DNA of 64,000 bases from an uncultured Gammaproteobacteria bacterium (GCA_964367355.1 CAYIWY010000003.1:36919-100918), one strand, 5' to 3'; shown: positions 1 through 10,045, numbered from the stretch's first letter. Notes: generated by a model from the letters alone, not told the origin. Program-made: numbers and translations.

Positions 1-133
1 TAAGCCCAGATTATATCGATAAAGGCGCAAAAACAAGTTCACTTACCCATGTTGCACTAGAAACTTTTAGGGACTTACAAAGGAAACTTACGCTTCGTTA
101 TCAAAGAATGAAGCAGGGAACTTCTGGTTAATT

Positions 134-2779
134 ATGGAAGCTGCCGATCCGTTTTCCACAACTCTGAGCATTTTTGCAATAATATTTTTTATTGGGCTAC
201 TTGTTGTCATAATTGCAGCAGCAGTTTTTGCAGTTATCTACTGGAAGCGCTTTGTTAGTCGGGAGGAAAAATCTCTTGATTATATTCTGCTGAAAATAAA
301 ACCTCCAAAATATAACGAAATTAAAATTGAAGTGGCAGAGACACTTTTCAACGCCCTGCACGGTTTGCTGAGAACTGGAGTTTCCGGGTTGTTGAAAGGC
401 CAAGATCATTATTCTTTTGAGATCGTTTCGCAAAAAGGAGAAATATTTTTTTATTTAAGTATTCCAATGGCTGTCCGGGAAATCGCCGAAAAACAAATCC
501 ATAGTTTTTATTCAGATGCCGAGATTGAACTGGTACCGCATTATAATATTTTTTCGGCTGATAAATTTGTTGATATTGCTGAGTTATCACTGAAATCAGC
601 CGCTTACAAACCGATTTTACGGTTTCATCAATTACCTGAAGTTGATACGCTTAACTCCATTACGAGCGCGATGAGTCAGCTTGAAGCTGATGAATCAATA
701 GCAGTGCAAATCTTAGTTGCTCCGTCCAACGGGAGTTGGTCTGGTGCTGGACTACGGGCAATCCACAAAGCCCAAACTGCCAGTAGCGATAAATCTTTAC
801 TGGGGAACGTTTCGTTTAATAAGACAGTCATGAATCAAGAACAAAGTGTTGAATCTGCAGAAAAGCAGCCCGAAGCAAAAACCGATAGTGTGACAATGGA
901 TCCCTACAAAAAGATTGAGGAAAAATGTAGTAAACCCGGCTGGGAAAGTGTAATTAGAATAGTAGTTAGTGCCAACGATGAATTTAGTGCGAAAACTTAT
1001 ATAAAAAATATGGTCAGTGCTTTTGCCCAGTTTAATGATCCAACGGGAAATGGTTTTCGAAAAAGACGTTGGCCTTGGACTTTGACAAAAGGAACCTCAC
1101 TGAAAGAGTTTATTTACCGAATGATGCCCTTTTGGTTTGGAAAAATGATTTTAACATCCCCGGAGCTGGCGACAATTTTTCATCTTCCCAACAAGAATAT
1201 TACAACCCCAAATATCTCCTGGGCACTTACCAAGAAAGTTGCTGCACCAAGTTTGGTTCCAAAGGAAGGTCTTTATTTGGGGCTAAGTATCTTCCGTGGC
1301 CAAAAACAAAAAATCCACCTACTGGAAGATGATCGCCGCCGTCATATGTATGTCATCGGGCAAACCGGAACCGGAAAAAGTGAATTCCTCAAATTCATGG
1401 CAATTCAGGATATTAAAGAAGGAAAAGGCGTAGCGTTTATTGATCCGCATGGTAGTGCGGTTGAAGACATCCTGAATCAAATTCCCAAAGAGAGAGCTGA
1501 AGATGTGATTTATTTTGATGCCGGGGATACCGAGCGGCCAATGGGGTTAAACATTTTGGAAGCCTCTACTGACGAGCAGAAAAATCTAGTCGTCAACTCA
1601 TTTATCGCTTTGCTTTACAAGCTTTATGATCCGAAACGGACGGGGATTATGGGTCCCCGACTTGAGCGGGCGGTTCGTAACGTTATGCTGACAGCGATGG
1701 CTAAAGAAGGCAATACCTTGGTGGAAGTTTTACGTCTTTTGACCGACCAAAATTTTGTAAAAGAAACGCTTACCTATGTGACTGATCCTTTGGTGCGGCG
1801 ATACTGGACTGATGAAATTGCCCAAACTAGCGATTTTCATAAAAGTGAAACCATGGGTTACTTTGTTTCCAAATTCGATCGTTTTGTCACCGACACCTTA
1901 CTTCGAAATATTATTGGGCAATCAAAATCCGCTTTTGATTTTAGAAAAGTGATGGACGAAAAAAAGATTTTACTGGTCGATCTTTCCAAAGGCAAAGTTG
2001 GGGAAGAAAATTCAAACTTTTTGGGATTGATATTGGTCCCACGGTTGTTAATTGCCGCAATGAGCAGGGTCGATATGCCGGAAGAAGAGCGAGCAGATTT
2101 TTATCTTTATGTTGACGAGTTCCAAAATTTTGCTACCCCTGATTTTGCCCAAATTCTTTCTGAAGCCAGGAAGTATCGTTTGAGCTTGATTGTCGGCAAT
2201 CAGTTTATTGCTCAGATTGAAGAGACAATTCGAGAGGCAGTCTTTGGAAACGTTGGTAGTTTAATTTCTTTTCGAGTTGGGGTTGACGACGCAGCGTATT
2301 TGGAAAAACAATTTGAGCCGGTTTTTAAACAACAAGATTTGATTAATAATCCAATTGGTAATGCCTATGTGCGTTTGCTTGTTAAGGGGCAGCCAACCCC
2401 ACCATTCTCAATGGCAACTGATTGGGAAACCATGCAGCAGGTAAAGAGGAATTTGGAAGTGGGTAAAGCAATTCGGGGACTTTCAAGACTTCGTTTTGGA
2501 AGGGATAAAAAAATTGTTGAAGCGGAAATGGAGCGCCGATCTGGTTTGACGAAATCAACTCTGCAACCACCTGTATCTCCTCCAAAACCGGTTACTCCGC
2601 AACCAGTCGTTAATAACAACCCTCAACCTCTTCCCCAAGCAGACGTTGTTAGTGGCGACGTTGCGGTCTCAATAAATGCAGTTGGAAGCAGCGATCTTCC
2701 ACCCAATCCAAACCAGCTAGACACGAAAGCTACAATTATTCAGCCGGGAGGACCTGGGAAGAACGATGTCCAGTGGTGA
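134..2779 (+). CDS. Type IV coupling protein-like P-loop ATPase (VirD4/TraG/TraD family, FtsK/HerA superfamily) with N-terminal TM segment and Pro-rich C-terminus
   Basis: N-terminal hydrophobic helix; Walker A GQTGTGKS; downstream FIDPHGS (the DPKG-like motif of T4CPs); Walker B-like YLYVDEFQNF; C-terminal PPVSPPKPVTPQP low-complexity tail. Confidence 0.6.
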   Translation: MEAADPFSTTLSIFAIIFFIGLLVVIIAAAVFAVIYWKRFVSREEKSLDYILLKIKPPKYNEIKIEVAETLFNALHGLLRTGVSGLLKGQDHYSFEIVSQKGEIFFYLSIPMAVREIAEKQIHSFYSDAEIELVPHYNIFSADKFVDIAELSLKSAAYKPILRFHQLPEVDTLNSITSAMSQLEADESIAVQILVAPSNGSWSGAGLRAIHKAQTASSDKSLLGNVSFNKTVMNQEQSVESAEKQPEAKTDSVTMDPYKKIEEKCSKPGWESVIRIVVSANDEFSAKTYIKNMVSAFAQFNDPTGNGFRKRRWPWTLTKGTSLKEFIYRMMPFWFGKMILTSPELATIFHLPNKNITTPNISWALTKKVAAPSLVPKEGLYLGLSIFRGQKQKIHLLEDDRRRHMYVIGQTGTGKSEFLKFMAIQDIKEGKGVAFIDPHGSAVEDILNQIPKERAEDVIYFDAGDTERPMGLNILEASTDEQKNLVVNSFIALLYKLYDPKRTGIMGPRLERAVRNVMLTAMAKEGNTLVEVLRLLTDQNFVKETLTYVTDPLVRRYWTDEIAQTSDFHKSETMGYFVSKFDRFVTDTLLRNIIGQSKSAFDFRKVMDEKKILLVDLSKGKVGEENSNFLGLILVPRLLIAAMSRVDMPEEERADFYLYVDEFQNFATPDFAQILSEARKYRLSLIVGNQFIAQIEETIREAVFGNVGSLISFRVGVDDAAYLEKQFEPVFKQQDLINNPIGNAYVRLLVKGQPTPPFSMATDWETMQQVKRNLEVGKAIRGLSRLRFGRDKKIVEAEMERRSGLTKSTLQPPVSPPKPVTPQPVVNNNPQPLPQADVVSGDVAVSINAVGSSDLPPNPNQLDTKATIIQPGGPGKNDVQW

Positions 2780-3701
2780 ACAACTAGGACCAAGTCAATC
2801 AGATCTAAATTTCCAACAAGGAGATTCTCCTAGTTTGGTAGAGGTACCGAAAGGAGAACCGGTAAGTAAACGCGATGAAGTTCTAGGCAAAATTGAAAAT
2901 ATTCTCAAAGTAGAGGACGAAGAAGTTTGGAAAAAAGGGAAGGACGCACTAATTAACGGGAGATTGAGTGAGTTGCTTGAAGAATCCCAACCAACAAGGA
3001 TTTCTTTAATTGATAAGAAAGTGCATCAAGGTTTTATTAACCCTGAATCTGATATTTACAGATCGTTGCTTGTTAGTCCGTTTAGAGTTGATGACAGAGA
3101 AATTTACTCAGAACTTTTAGAGTCAATGAGACAAATGCAACAAGGAGCTTGGAAAGGCAGGGAAGTCAGAGATATGGTACCGAGTGTTGTTGGATATACG
3201 GTTGGTAAATATTTTGGTAATCATGTCGGGTTAGGGGGAACAGAATCAAGAAACAAACAATTCTATTTTGACCACTCTGGAGTGGGTATCGATTATATAA
3301 GTTTGTCTGAACTTAAGGGTCAGAGTTTAGCTGTGTGTGCTGAGAAAGCAGCGGTTACCCAAAACTTACTTAGTTTTTTAGGCTATCAATCGGAATTGGT
3401 GGCTTCGACTGGTAATCAAATTGGAGAAGACTCACAAGTTAATCAGGATGGTCATATGTACAATGTAGTTTCTAGCGAACGGGGACATTTTATTTTTGAT
3501 ACAACCAACCCTGTCGAAGTAATTAATCAAGATAATAAGTTAGTTCACGTAAATCCGGCAACTTACCCAATTTCGGAGCAAGAATATTCTGATTTGATGC
3601 GTGGTGGTAAAGTTGAAGTAATCCACACTAATTTGAATTGGGATGGAACAGAAACTACTCCACGAGAAAGTAGTACCAGAGTTTACGCTGGTCCAAAATA
3701 G
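2766..3701 (+). CDS. Hypothetical protein, possible transglutaminase-like / papain-fold cysteine peptidase domain
   Basis: Overlaps upstream ORF by 14 nt (operon). Ordered Cys...His...Asp pattern (AVCAEKAAVTQNLLSFLGY ... GHMYNVV ... FIFDTTNP) resembling transglutaminase-like cores. Weak motif-level call only. Confidence 0.35.
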   Translation: MSSGEQLGPSQSDLNFQQGDSPSLVEVPKGEPVSKRDEVLGKIENILKVEDEEVWKKGKDALINGRLSELLEESQPTRISLIDKKVHQGFINPESDIYRSLLVSPFRVDDREIYSELLESMRQMQQGAWKGREVRDMVPSVVGYTVGKYFGNHVGLGGTESRNKQFYFDHSGVGIDYISLSELKGQSLAVCAEKAAVTQNLLSFLGYQSELVASTGNQIGEDSQVNQDGHMYNVVSSERGHFIFDTTNPVEVINQDNKLVHVNPATYPISEQEYSDLMRGGKVEVIHTNLNWDGTETTPRESSTRVYAGPK

Positions 3702-3782
3702 ATATCTCTTACTGACGTAGACTTAATTAGTTAACGAGAATTTTAGAAATAGTTCTAAGCAGTTAATTGGCAAAAAGTATTT

Positions 3783-5135
3783 ATGGAAACGGAACCAAAT
3801 AGTTTAACAGAAGGACAACCTGCACCTAATAACGAAAACTCAAGTCCAGATTCAGTACAACCAAGTGCCGATATTGGAGCTAGTCTCGACAAGACTCGAA
3901 GCGATTCTGCGTTTGCCGCACAAATTAAAGATCAAGAAGAAAAGGACCGAAACCGAATTGCAGAATTGAGGAGTAGATTAGGTGTTGTTAATACACCAGA
4001 AAATAAAGCAGATTATGAAGAGCCGGTTACTAAACCTATTGAAAAGAGTCAAACAATCGAACCGACACAATTCGGTGTTGCTCATGTTCCGGGAGAGAAA
4101 TTACCGGAAGATCACCCACTAAACCAGCGGGAAAGCTTTAGTTATACAAAAGAGGGTCCCAAATTTACAGATGTATTAAGTGACTCAATAGATCGGGACA
4201 ATGTACTTTCTTCAAAAGAAAGTGATATTTACCCAAAACCTCCTATAAGGACTTTTACTGAAAGAGAAGGTTTGGCTGATTTAAATAAATTTTTAGACAA
4301 AACAATTGAATTAGCTACTCAAAAAGGTAATAAAAAGGTTGAAGAAACCGTCCGCGTTTTTAAAAGGGATTTAGTTTATATTGGTGAGCCCGAACTAAAA
4401 GAAGCCTTGCAAAGTATGGCGTCAGGGATTGTTTCTTCAGCTGAAAACGGCGAAAATGTTTATTTGTATATTTCTGGAAAAAGAAGTGAGCGTTATATCT
4501 CCTTAAGAATTTTGGAAGAGGTTGATCAACTAACTACTGAAAATTCACAACTGCGACAAAGGATTCATTTTTCTGAAAACCCAGCGGCAATTTCCAAGGC
4601 TTTGAAAGAGAGTGGAGGTCGCGGCAAAGCTATTGTCGTTGATGACTTTTCAGTTAGTGGTACGCGTATCGACGCTGCTGCCACAAATGCTTTTCGAGGT
4701 TTAGTTCAAGCTGGGTTTTCACCCGAAGAGGCAAGCAGAAGGATTGAAATTAATCTGATTGCTGACAAAACCAATCGAAGTAATCGGGGAGAAGGACATC
4801 ACGTTAGTGCTGCTATGACCGGAGAAAAGTTTGACTATCCGATTAAAACCTCGGCTTATTATGGAATTTCTGAGAGTCGAAAAAATGATGGTAGCTTAAA
4901 TGTCTTTACGGGGATGAGTGTTAGTGGAAGTCATAGTTCGACTGATTATGGATATGAAAATGTGCTAGACGAGTTTTGGCACTTTCAAATTGATAGCGGA
5001 GGAACTTCAAAAATGCCGCTGTTGCACAGTTTAAACAGGCCTTACGAAATGGAAGGTTACAGTGGGAATTATTACAAAGATAAGCAACTACAAGCAAGAT
5101 GGAACATGATAATGCACAAATATCAGCTTAGATAA
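3783..5135 (+). CDS. Hypothetical protein with disordered N-terminal region and a phosphoribosyltransferase-like motif
   Basis: AIVVDDFSVSGTRI matches the type I PRTase PRPP-binding loop (hhhhDDhhxTGxT), as in ComFC-like proteins. The rest is unassigned. Confidence 0.3.
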   Translation: METEPNSLTEGQPAPNNENSSPDSVQPSADIGASLDKTRSDSAFAAQIKDQEEKDRNRIAELRSRLGVVNTPENKADYEEPVTKPIEKSQTIEPTQFGVAHVPGEKLPEDHPLNQRESFSYTKEGPKFTDVLSDSIDRDNVLSSKESDIYPKPPIRTFTEREGLADLNKFLDKTIELATQKGNKKVEETVRVFKRDLVYIGEPELKEALQSMASGIVSSAENGENVYLYISGKRSERYISLRILEEVDQLTTENSQLRQRIHFSENPAAISKALKESGGRGKAIVVDDFSVSGTRIDAAATNAFRGLVQAGFSPEEASRRIEINLIADKTNRSNRGEGHHVSAAMTGEKFDYPIKTSAYYGISESRKNDGSLNVFTGMSVSGSHSSTDYGYENVLDEFWHFQIDSGGTSKMPLLHSLNRPYEMEGYSGNYYKDKQLQARWNMIMHKYQLR

Positions 5136-5178
5136 TCTCAGTGCAGTTGAATATTAGTGGAGTAACCAACAGGTTAAA

Positions 5179-6396
5179 TTAAGTTGAAGAAGTTGGAGTT
5201 TTCAGCATTTCAAAAGGTTTGAGGAGATCTTTTTCGGTACCAACTCTGAGTTTTATTTCTGCTTCAGTCTCGAAATTTTTCGGGTTGTGTTCAAAATAGC
5301 TGGCTAAGTTTAAGCTTGAGCGTAGGGTACCTAGGGCAACAATTACTCTTCCTTCTTCCTCCCGACCTTCTCTAGCATACGAAGCAATCATTTCTTTATC
5401 AAACGCTTCCTGGAACACAGGATTGTTCCAAGCACGGGCCCGCATATTGCCAAAATCATAAGCAGCTGCAAGCACTTCGTTTTGACTTATTCCCGCCCAT
5501 TCGAAATCCAGTCCGATAAATTTGTCACTGGCAAGGCCATCGCCGAGAAAAATATTGTTGGGGGCAAAGTCACCGTGGACAACGTGCTCTCCTTTTCCCT
5601 GATTTCGCTCGATAACCGGGCTAACTTGTTCGAGTAGTTGATCGATTCTTTGCACTAGGTCTGGGGTCTTGGTTTTTTCCGCCATTAGAGCAGCAAATAC
5701 ATGTTTTTCGGGAGAAAAATCATCTTCCGTACCGCTCACTTGTCGCGAGAGAATTTTTACTAGATTGGCCCGAAAACCAATATAATCGCTAAAAGCGGCC
5801 TTCTTGTCCAGAACCGCCCTTACTTCCGGGGTTAGTTTTTCTTCCTGATGACTCAGATCTCTAATGGCTTTAACAGCTTCGATTGCGTGCTCAGCAGTCA
5901 ATTCCTTGCTATCCTCGATAGTATACAAAAAGCCGACACCCTCACCTTTTTGATACCAGTTCATAACTGCATACATTGGTCCTTGAGCCTCTTGTGTATT
6001 GGTGTCAAGAACTTCCGTTACCGGAAAGTCAGTCCGCTCGTCCAAATAGTCTTGAACTTTGATTTGGCGAATGAAAAATTCCTTATGCTTCGCTTCTTTG
6101 ACTTGGTCAGGATCTGGAAGCGGGGCTTTAAAGAATCTTTCTTTCAGTAGTAGGCGATTGTCGGTTTCGTTTTGGTCAAATTCAACAACATGGAGTCTCA
6201 TATATCTATCACCGTGAATCTGTGTGTTCCAATCGTCCTGTGAATAAAAAAGATGGTGTTTCTCCAGTATTTTTTTAATATCACTTTCCCATTTTTCCTT
6301 TTTAACTTCGAAGGGGGATTTTTCAATGGGAATGTATGTTTCCGAAGGTTTTGAAGAAGTGTTAGTCGGCTCTGGTTTTGGAGCTTCTTGAGCCAT
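5179..6396 (-). CDS. APH/choline-kinase-like phosphotransferase (protein kinase-like fold)
   Basis: Catalytic loop HGDFAPNNIF (Brenner HxDxxxxN motif) followed by LDFEWAG (DFG-equivalent). Confidence 0.6.
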   Translation of the reverse strand: MAQEAPKPEPTNTSSKPSETYIPIEKSPFEVKKEKWESDIKKILEKHHLFYSQDDWNTQIHGDRYMRLHVVEFDQNETDNRLLLKERFFKAPLPDPDQVKEAKHKEFFIRQIKVQDYLDERTDFPVTEVLDTNTQEAQGPMYAVMNWYQKGEGVGFLYTIEDSKELTAEHAIEAVKAIRDLSHQEEKLTPEVRAVLDKKAAFSDYIGFRANLVKILSRQVSGTEDDFSPEKHVFAALMAEKTKTPDLVQRIDQLLEQVSPVIERNQGKGEHVVHGDFAPNNIFLGDGLASDKFIGLDFEWAGISQNEVLAAAYDFGNMRARAWNNPVFQEAFDKEMIASYAREGREEEGRVIVALGTLRSSLNLASYFEHNPKNFETEAEIKLRVGTEKDLLKPFEMLKTPTSST

Positions 6397-6509
6397 TGGA
6401 GGTGGAGATTCGAGAACACTAGTTTCAGACCATTAACTAAATCATAGAGACCCTCTGGTCTGAAATCAACCTTTAGACCAGGTTCGAGATAAAAGTTGTT
6501 TAGTAGTAA

Positions 6510-6842
6510 CTAACTTGGGTTTTCGGGAAGGTTCTTCTCCTTAGCTTTTTCACGCTCGTAATCTGCCTCGAAAGTTTCAATAAAAGCATCTAGGGCTAGA
6601 TCGCCAATTTCCTCAACATTTTTGCCAGTTCGTTGTTCGTAAAGTTTTGCAATCAATAGATTGACCTCTTCCTCTTTTGCTGCTTCGATTTCAGCCAAAT
6701 CTTCTTCAGTCAAAGCAGCGATAATCTCCATATGAGCCTTTTGAGCAATAGTATTGTTGAGGTTTGTCACAAATTCACCAATTTGGTCTTCCTTCAAACC
6801 CTCTTTTTTCAAAATTTCCAAAACACTATCAAGTTTATTCAT
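6510..6842 (-). CDS. Small acidic protein (candidate chaperone or immunity partner of the upstream 826-aa protein)
   Basis: 110 aa, Glu/Asp-rich, predicted helical; overlaps the 826-aa gene by 8 nt on the same strand. Confidence 0.4.
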   Translation of the reverse strand: MNKLDSVLEILKKEGLKEDQIGEFVTNLNNTIAQKAHMEIIAALTEEDLAEIEAAKEEEVNLLIAKLYEQRTGKNVEEIGDLALDAFIETFEADYEREKAKEKNLPENPS

Positions 6843-9315
6843 TAATTAGTTCCTCAGCGATTTCTTCAGATGCCCTTCTTTCAAAGAAATCAGTTATATC
6901 AGCAATATCGTTAAGCGAAAGAATCTTAAGTTTTTGGTTGACTGGAATCCAGTCTAAGCTAGTTTGCAGGTCATGAAACGCACCAGCATCACCACCTCGA
7001 GCGTGTTCTATTAAAGCGAGAACTTCTTGTTGGGTTGGAAAGTTGTTTGTGGCTAGACCAGATTCAACCATACGATTGTGCGTTTCAGCTAGCAGCTGAT
7101 GATTGGCAAGAATATGACCGCCAAAAAGATCTGCGTCAGCACTTGTCCAAGTAACTCTGTGCCCGTTATTTTGCAGGAGAGTTGAGACAGTATCTCCTTG
7201 ATGAATGTCGACCAAGTTACCAACATCTGCACTTGTCAAAGTATCGATCAGCGGGTTGGTATCAATACCAACTTCTGCCAAACGTCCAGCTTCATACAGC
7301 CGACCAACATCCGACCATTGTTCACTGGTGAGTGATGTAAAGGTTTTCCAGGCTTCAGGGTCCTGATGGATTCGATTAATCAGATCGATTTGATCTTGAG
7401 AAAGAGGTGGTAGACCTTCGGGTAAGGACGTTTCGAGATTACCTACATTAGGTGAATCTGGACCACCGTTTAGTTTATGCTCTACAAATTTATCAATATC
7501 GAAGAATTGATTGGTAATTCCTTGGGTAATTGCACCAACTTTCATCCCGGCGGAAAAACTTCGAATCCGTTCGTTGGCTTTACTGTATTTGAAAACTTTG
7601 TTTTGAAGTTCTTGGGTGAGTGTTTCAACGATCGGGTCGAAGGAATCTTTTTCGCTATAACCCATCCGGGACAATAAATCTTGGGAAATGCGGGTCATCT
7701 TTGTTTGGTATTCGGTTAAACCACTCGTTTTCAGAAGACGACTGGCTCGGTCGTATTGGTCTCTATAACTTCGAACGTCGATAGATTTAAGGCCCTCTTC
7801 ACTTAAATTGTTGACGTTTTGTCTAATGCTTCGCTCAATACCGCGAAGTCTTAGTGAGTTGACCCCGCTTGAAAGCAGATGCGTGACAGCGGTCGTTCCA
7901 ACTGAATTAATCAGGCTGCCGGCACCTGGAAGTACCAGATTAAGTGCGGTGTTGGTAGTGAAACCAGTGGCAATACCAGCTGCCCAGGCAACTTTGTCTT
8001 TGTCACGCCAATCAAAGTTATTGAGGTAGCGCTGCGCACTTTCATAAACAAAATTACCGCCTGGAGTTTTCAAAGCAACTGCGCGGGCAACTTCGGCAAC
8101 TTTTACTCTGGCAGTTTCGGCTACGGAGAAAATACGACTTGCATGAGACGGTTTATCTTTCTCTGATTCAGGTTCAGTAGGATCGCTATTCTTAACTTTA
8201 TCCACAAATTCCTTGATTTTACTATCAAGCTCGTCAGCTTTACCTGCTTGGCTTTCAGCCATCAACCGATCCATCTCAGAGGAAGTAAGTTGTACTTTTG
8301 AATCTGTATTGGCTTTTGGTTGTTCAGTTGGGGTTGTTGGATTAACTCCTTCAGGCCTTTCTTTAGGCGGATTTGCATTTTGTCTTTCGAGAAAACTGCG
8401 CGCGTATTCAATTTCTTGTTCGGGGGTGAGTAATATTTCCCGACCATCTCCAGTGGTATAAACTCTATATTTTTGTCCAAGCTCGTGTTCCCTTTGTTCG
8501 GAAAATCTTAAGTCCCCCAGCAGCTCACCCGAATGGGTTATTTCAGAGACTAGATTATGAGCTGAAGTTGTGAGTGGATCCTGGTCGATCTTTTCCGGTT
8601 CCGACAGAGTTTGTATTGAAGGGGGCTCTGCAGTTTCTGTTGTCGCAGCCACCAGTGCTTCTCGTTCAACTGCCTGTCTTTGTACCTCAGAGTTAATAAG
8701 ACTACTTAGATCTCCAGAAACATCTTCCGCTTGTCGGTGTTGGCTTTCATCTGGAGGTGCAATGGTTTGAGGAGATATTAAAGTTTCGACTTGACCAGGG
8801 TTGCTAGCGAAGTGTTCCATTGTTTCACGTGGTCCCAGAGCTTCTATTTCTTCAGGTGTAAGGCCTTGCTGGGGGAGAAGGATTGCTTTGGCAAATCTGA
8901 CTGCCTCGAGGTCGGCTTTGCCGGTTTGTCTGAAATTATTGACTGTGGTTTGAAATTCGGCTAACTCGTCCCTACGTTGGGAATTATTTTCCTTTCCCGA
9001 AGGTGGGGGGCCAGGAATTTCTGGGGTTTCGTCGTTTGGACTAGCAGAGTGTACAACTGATGTTTCTGGTCGAGCATCGATTCTGGTTGCATTTAGTCCA
9101 CTATGGCGTTCTAGCTCTTCCTGAGTTGGAAAATCAGTGATATTTGGTGGTCGTTCCCCTCCACCACGATGTAAGCGGTCTTGATCAGAACGGTCTGAAA
9201 TTTGTGCAGGATCAGCTCGAGAAGGAGCACGTTCTTGTACCTCGTTTTGGTTTGAGAAACTGTCCCCGCCAGAAGGAGCGTTTTCTGAAAAAGGAGAATT
9301 TTCGGCAGAATTCAT
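6835..9315 (-). CDS. Large hypothetical protein (826 aa) with low-complexity N-terminal third and a Gly-rich hydrophobic hairpin
   Basis: Long ORF. N-terminal ~330 aa is Pro/Ser/Glu-rich and disordered. Internal AWAAGIATGFTTNTALNLVLPGAGSLINSVGTTAVTHLL is a glycine-zipper-like hydrophobic segment. No recognisable catalytic motif. Confidence 0.5.
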   Translation of the reverse strand: MNSAENSPFSENAPSGGDSFSNQNEVQERAPSRADPAQISDRSDQDRLHRGGGERPPNITDFPTQEELERHSGLNATRIDARPETSVVHSASPNDETPEIPGPPPSGKENNSQRRDELAEFQTTVNNFRQTGKADLEAVRFAKAILLPQQGLTPEEIEALGPRETMEHFASNPGQVETLISPQTIAPPDESQHRQAEDVSGDLSSLINSEVQRQAVEREALVAATTETAEPPSIQTLSEPEKIDQDPLTTSAHNLVSEITHSGELLGDLRFSEQREHELGQKYRVYTTGDGREILLTPEQEIEYARSFLERQNANPPKERPEGVNPTTPTEQPKANTDSKVQLTSSEMDRLMAESQAGKADELDSKIKEFVDKVKNSDPTEPESEKDKPSHASRIFSVAETARVKVAEVARAVALKTPGGNFVYESAQRYLNNFDWRDKDKVAWAAGIATGFTTNTALNLVLPGAGSLINSVGTTAVTHLLSSGVNSLRLRGIERSIRQNVNNLSEEGLKSIDVRSYRDQYDRASRLLKTSGLTEYQTKMTRISQDLLSRMGYSEKDSFDPIVETLTQELQNKVFKYSKANERIRSFSAGMKVGAITQGITNQFFDIDKFVEHKLNGGPDSPNVGNLETSLPEGLPPLSQDQIDLINRIHQDPEAWKTFTSLTSEQWSDVGRLYEAGRLAEVGIDTNPLIDTLTSADVGNLVDIHQGDTVSTLLQNNGHRVTWTSADADLFGGHILANHQLLAETHNRMVESGLATNNFPTQQEVLALIEHARGGDAGAFHDLQTSLDWIPVNQKLKILSLNDIADITDFFERRASEEIAEELINE

Positions 9316-9383
9316 TGTTGAGTAAATTATATGCGAGTTTAGCTTAGCTCGTCAAACAAATAGTAAAGTCAGGATTTTGGGAT

Positions 9384-9644
9384 TTATCTTTGCTTGTAAA
9401 CTTCTTTCCTGTGGGCAACCGTAACCACCAAGATTAGTAATTCTTTTTTAAATATTTCGTAGAGAATTCTATAGACCCCGACCCTTAGAGATCGAAGATG
9501 ACCAAGTGGTGGGTCTAATTTTTTTCCTGCCAAAGGGTTTGTTGATAGAGCGTCTATGGAGTACTTGATGGCTTTTTGGTAACGAGGGTCTATTTTAGCG
9601 AGCTGTTTTTTTACCTTAGAATCAATCTGTATCTTATACATCAA
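9384..9644 (-). CDS. RelE/ParE-family type II toxin
   Basis: 86 aa; ...LRSLRVGVYRILYEI...VVTVAHRKEVY pattern typical of RelE/ParE; 4-nt overlap with upstream Phd-like gene. Confidence 0.8.
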   Translation of the reverse strand: MMYKIQIDSKVKKQLAKIDPRYQKAIKYSIDALSTNPLAGKKLDPPLGHLRSLRVGVYRILYEIFKKELLILVVTVAHRKEVYKQR

Positions 9645-9910
9645 AGATTAAGTTCTTCTTTAACCTGTTCCCAAGGAATAGCTTTACCTTCTCGAAATTC
9701 TTTCTCTGCTTGGCGAATATCTTTCATCAATTGCTCATCAGAAAGAATTTCAAGTGTTTCCTTCCAACCGTCAAATTCGTCAACCGACATAATGATGGCA
9801 CGAGGTTTGCCATTCTTAGTAATTTCTATTTGTTCGAACTTATTATTGACTTCATCAACAAGTTCGGTAAGTTTTTCTCGAGCTTCTGTTACTGGTAAGG
9901 TTCTTCTCAT
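9641..9910 (-). CDS. Phd/YefM-family antitoxin
   Basis: 89 aa; N-terminal TVTEAREKLTELVDEV and ITKNGKPRAIIMSVDEFDGWKETLEIL are Phd/YefM hallmarks. Confidence 0.8.
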   Translation of the reverse strand: MRRTLPVTEAREKLTELVDEVNNKFEQIEITKNGKPRAIIMSVDEFDGWKETLEILSDEQLMKDIRQAEKEFREGKAIPWEQVKEELNL

Positions 9911-9917
9911 AACTAGT

Positions 9918-9949
9918 AAACTTTACATAATTGTGTAAAGTTTGTCAAC
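9918..9949 (-). promoter_or_regulatory. Putative TA promoter/operator: 9-bp perfect inverted repeat adjacent to TTGACA -35 (read on the minus strand)
   Basis: Minus-strand reading gives TTGACA followed by AACTTTACA-caatta-TGTAAAGTT palindrome, directly upstream of the phd-like start. Confidence 0.45.
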
Positions 9950-9993
9950 AGAAAATTTAATCTAGCTTTTATGCTGCGGAGCACCGACCAATC

Positions 9994-10040
9994 CGCATTT
10001 TTTGAAGCGTTGTTTTAATGGTACAACATTAGAGTAACTC
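9994..10040. repeat. Diverged duplicate of the secA 3' end (copy 4, coding tail only)
   Basis: Reverse strand translates to ...NVVPLKQRFKKCGLVGAPQHKS*, homologous to the intact SecA tail ...GLKYKRCGLINSPTHQEN... Confidence 0.55.
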
Positions 10041-10045
10041 ACCCA

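Noticed and set aside
5848-6150. 100-aa plus-strand ORF
   Set aside because: Antisense within the APH-like kinase gene.
9576-9938. 120-aa plus-strand ORF
   Set aside because: Entirely antisense to the well-supported relE/phd pair on the minus strand; low-complexity translation.
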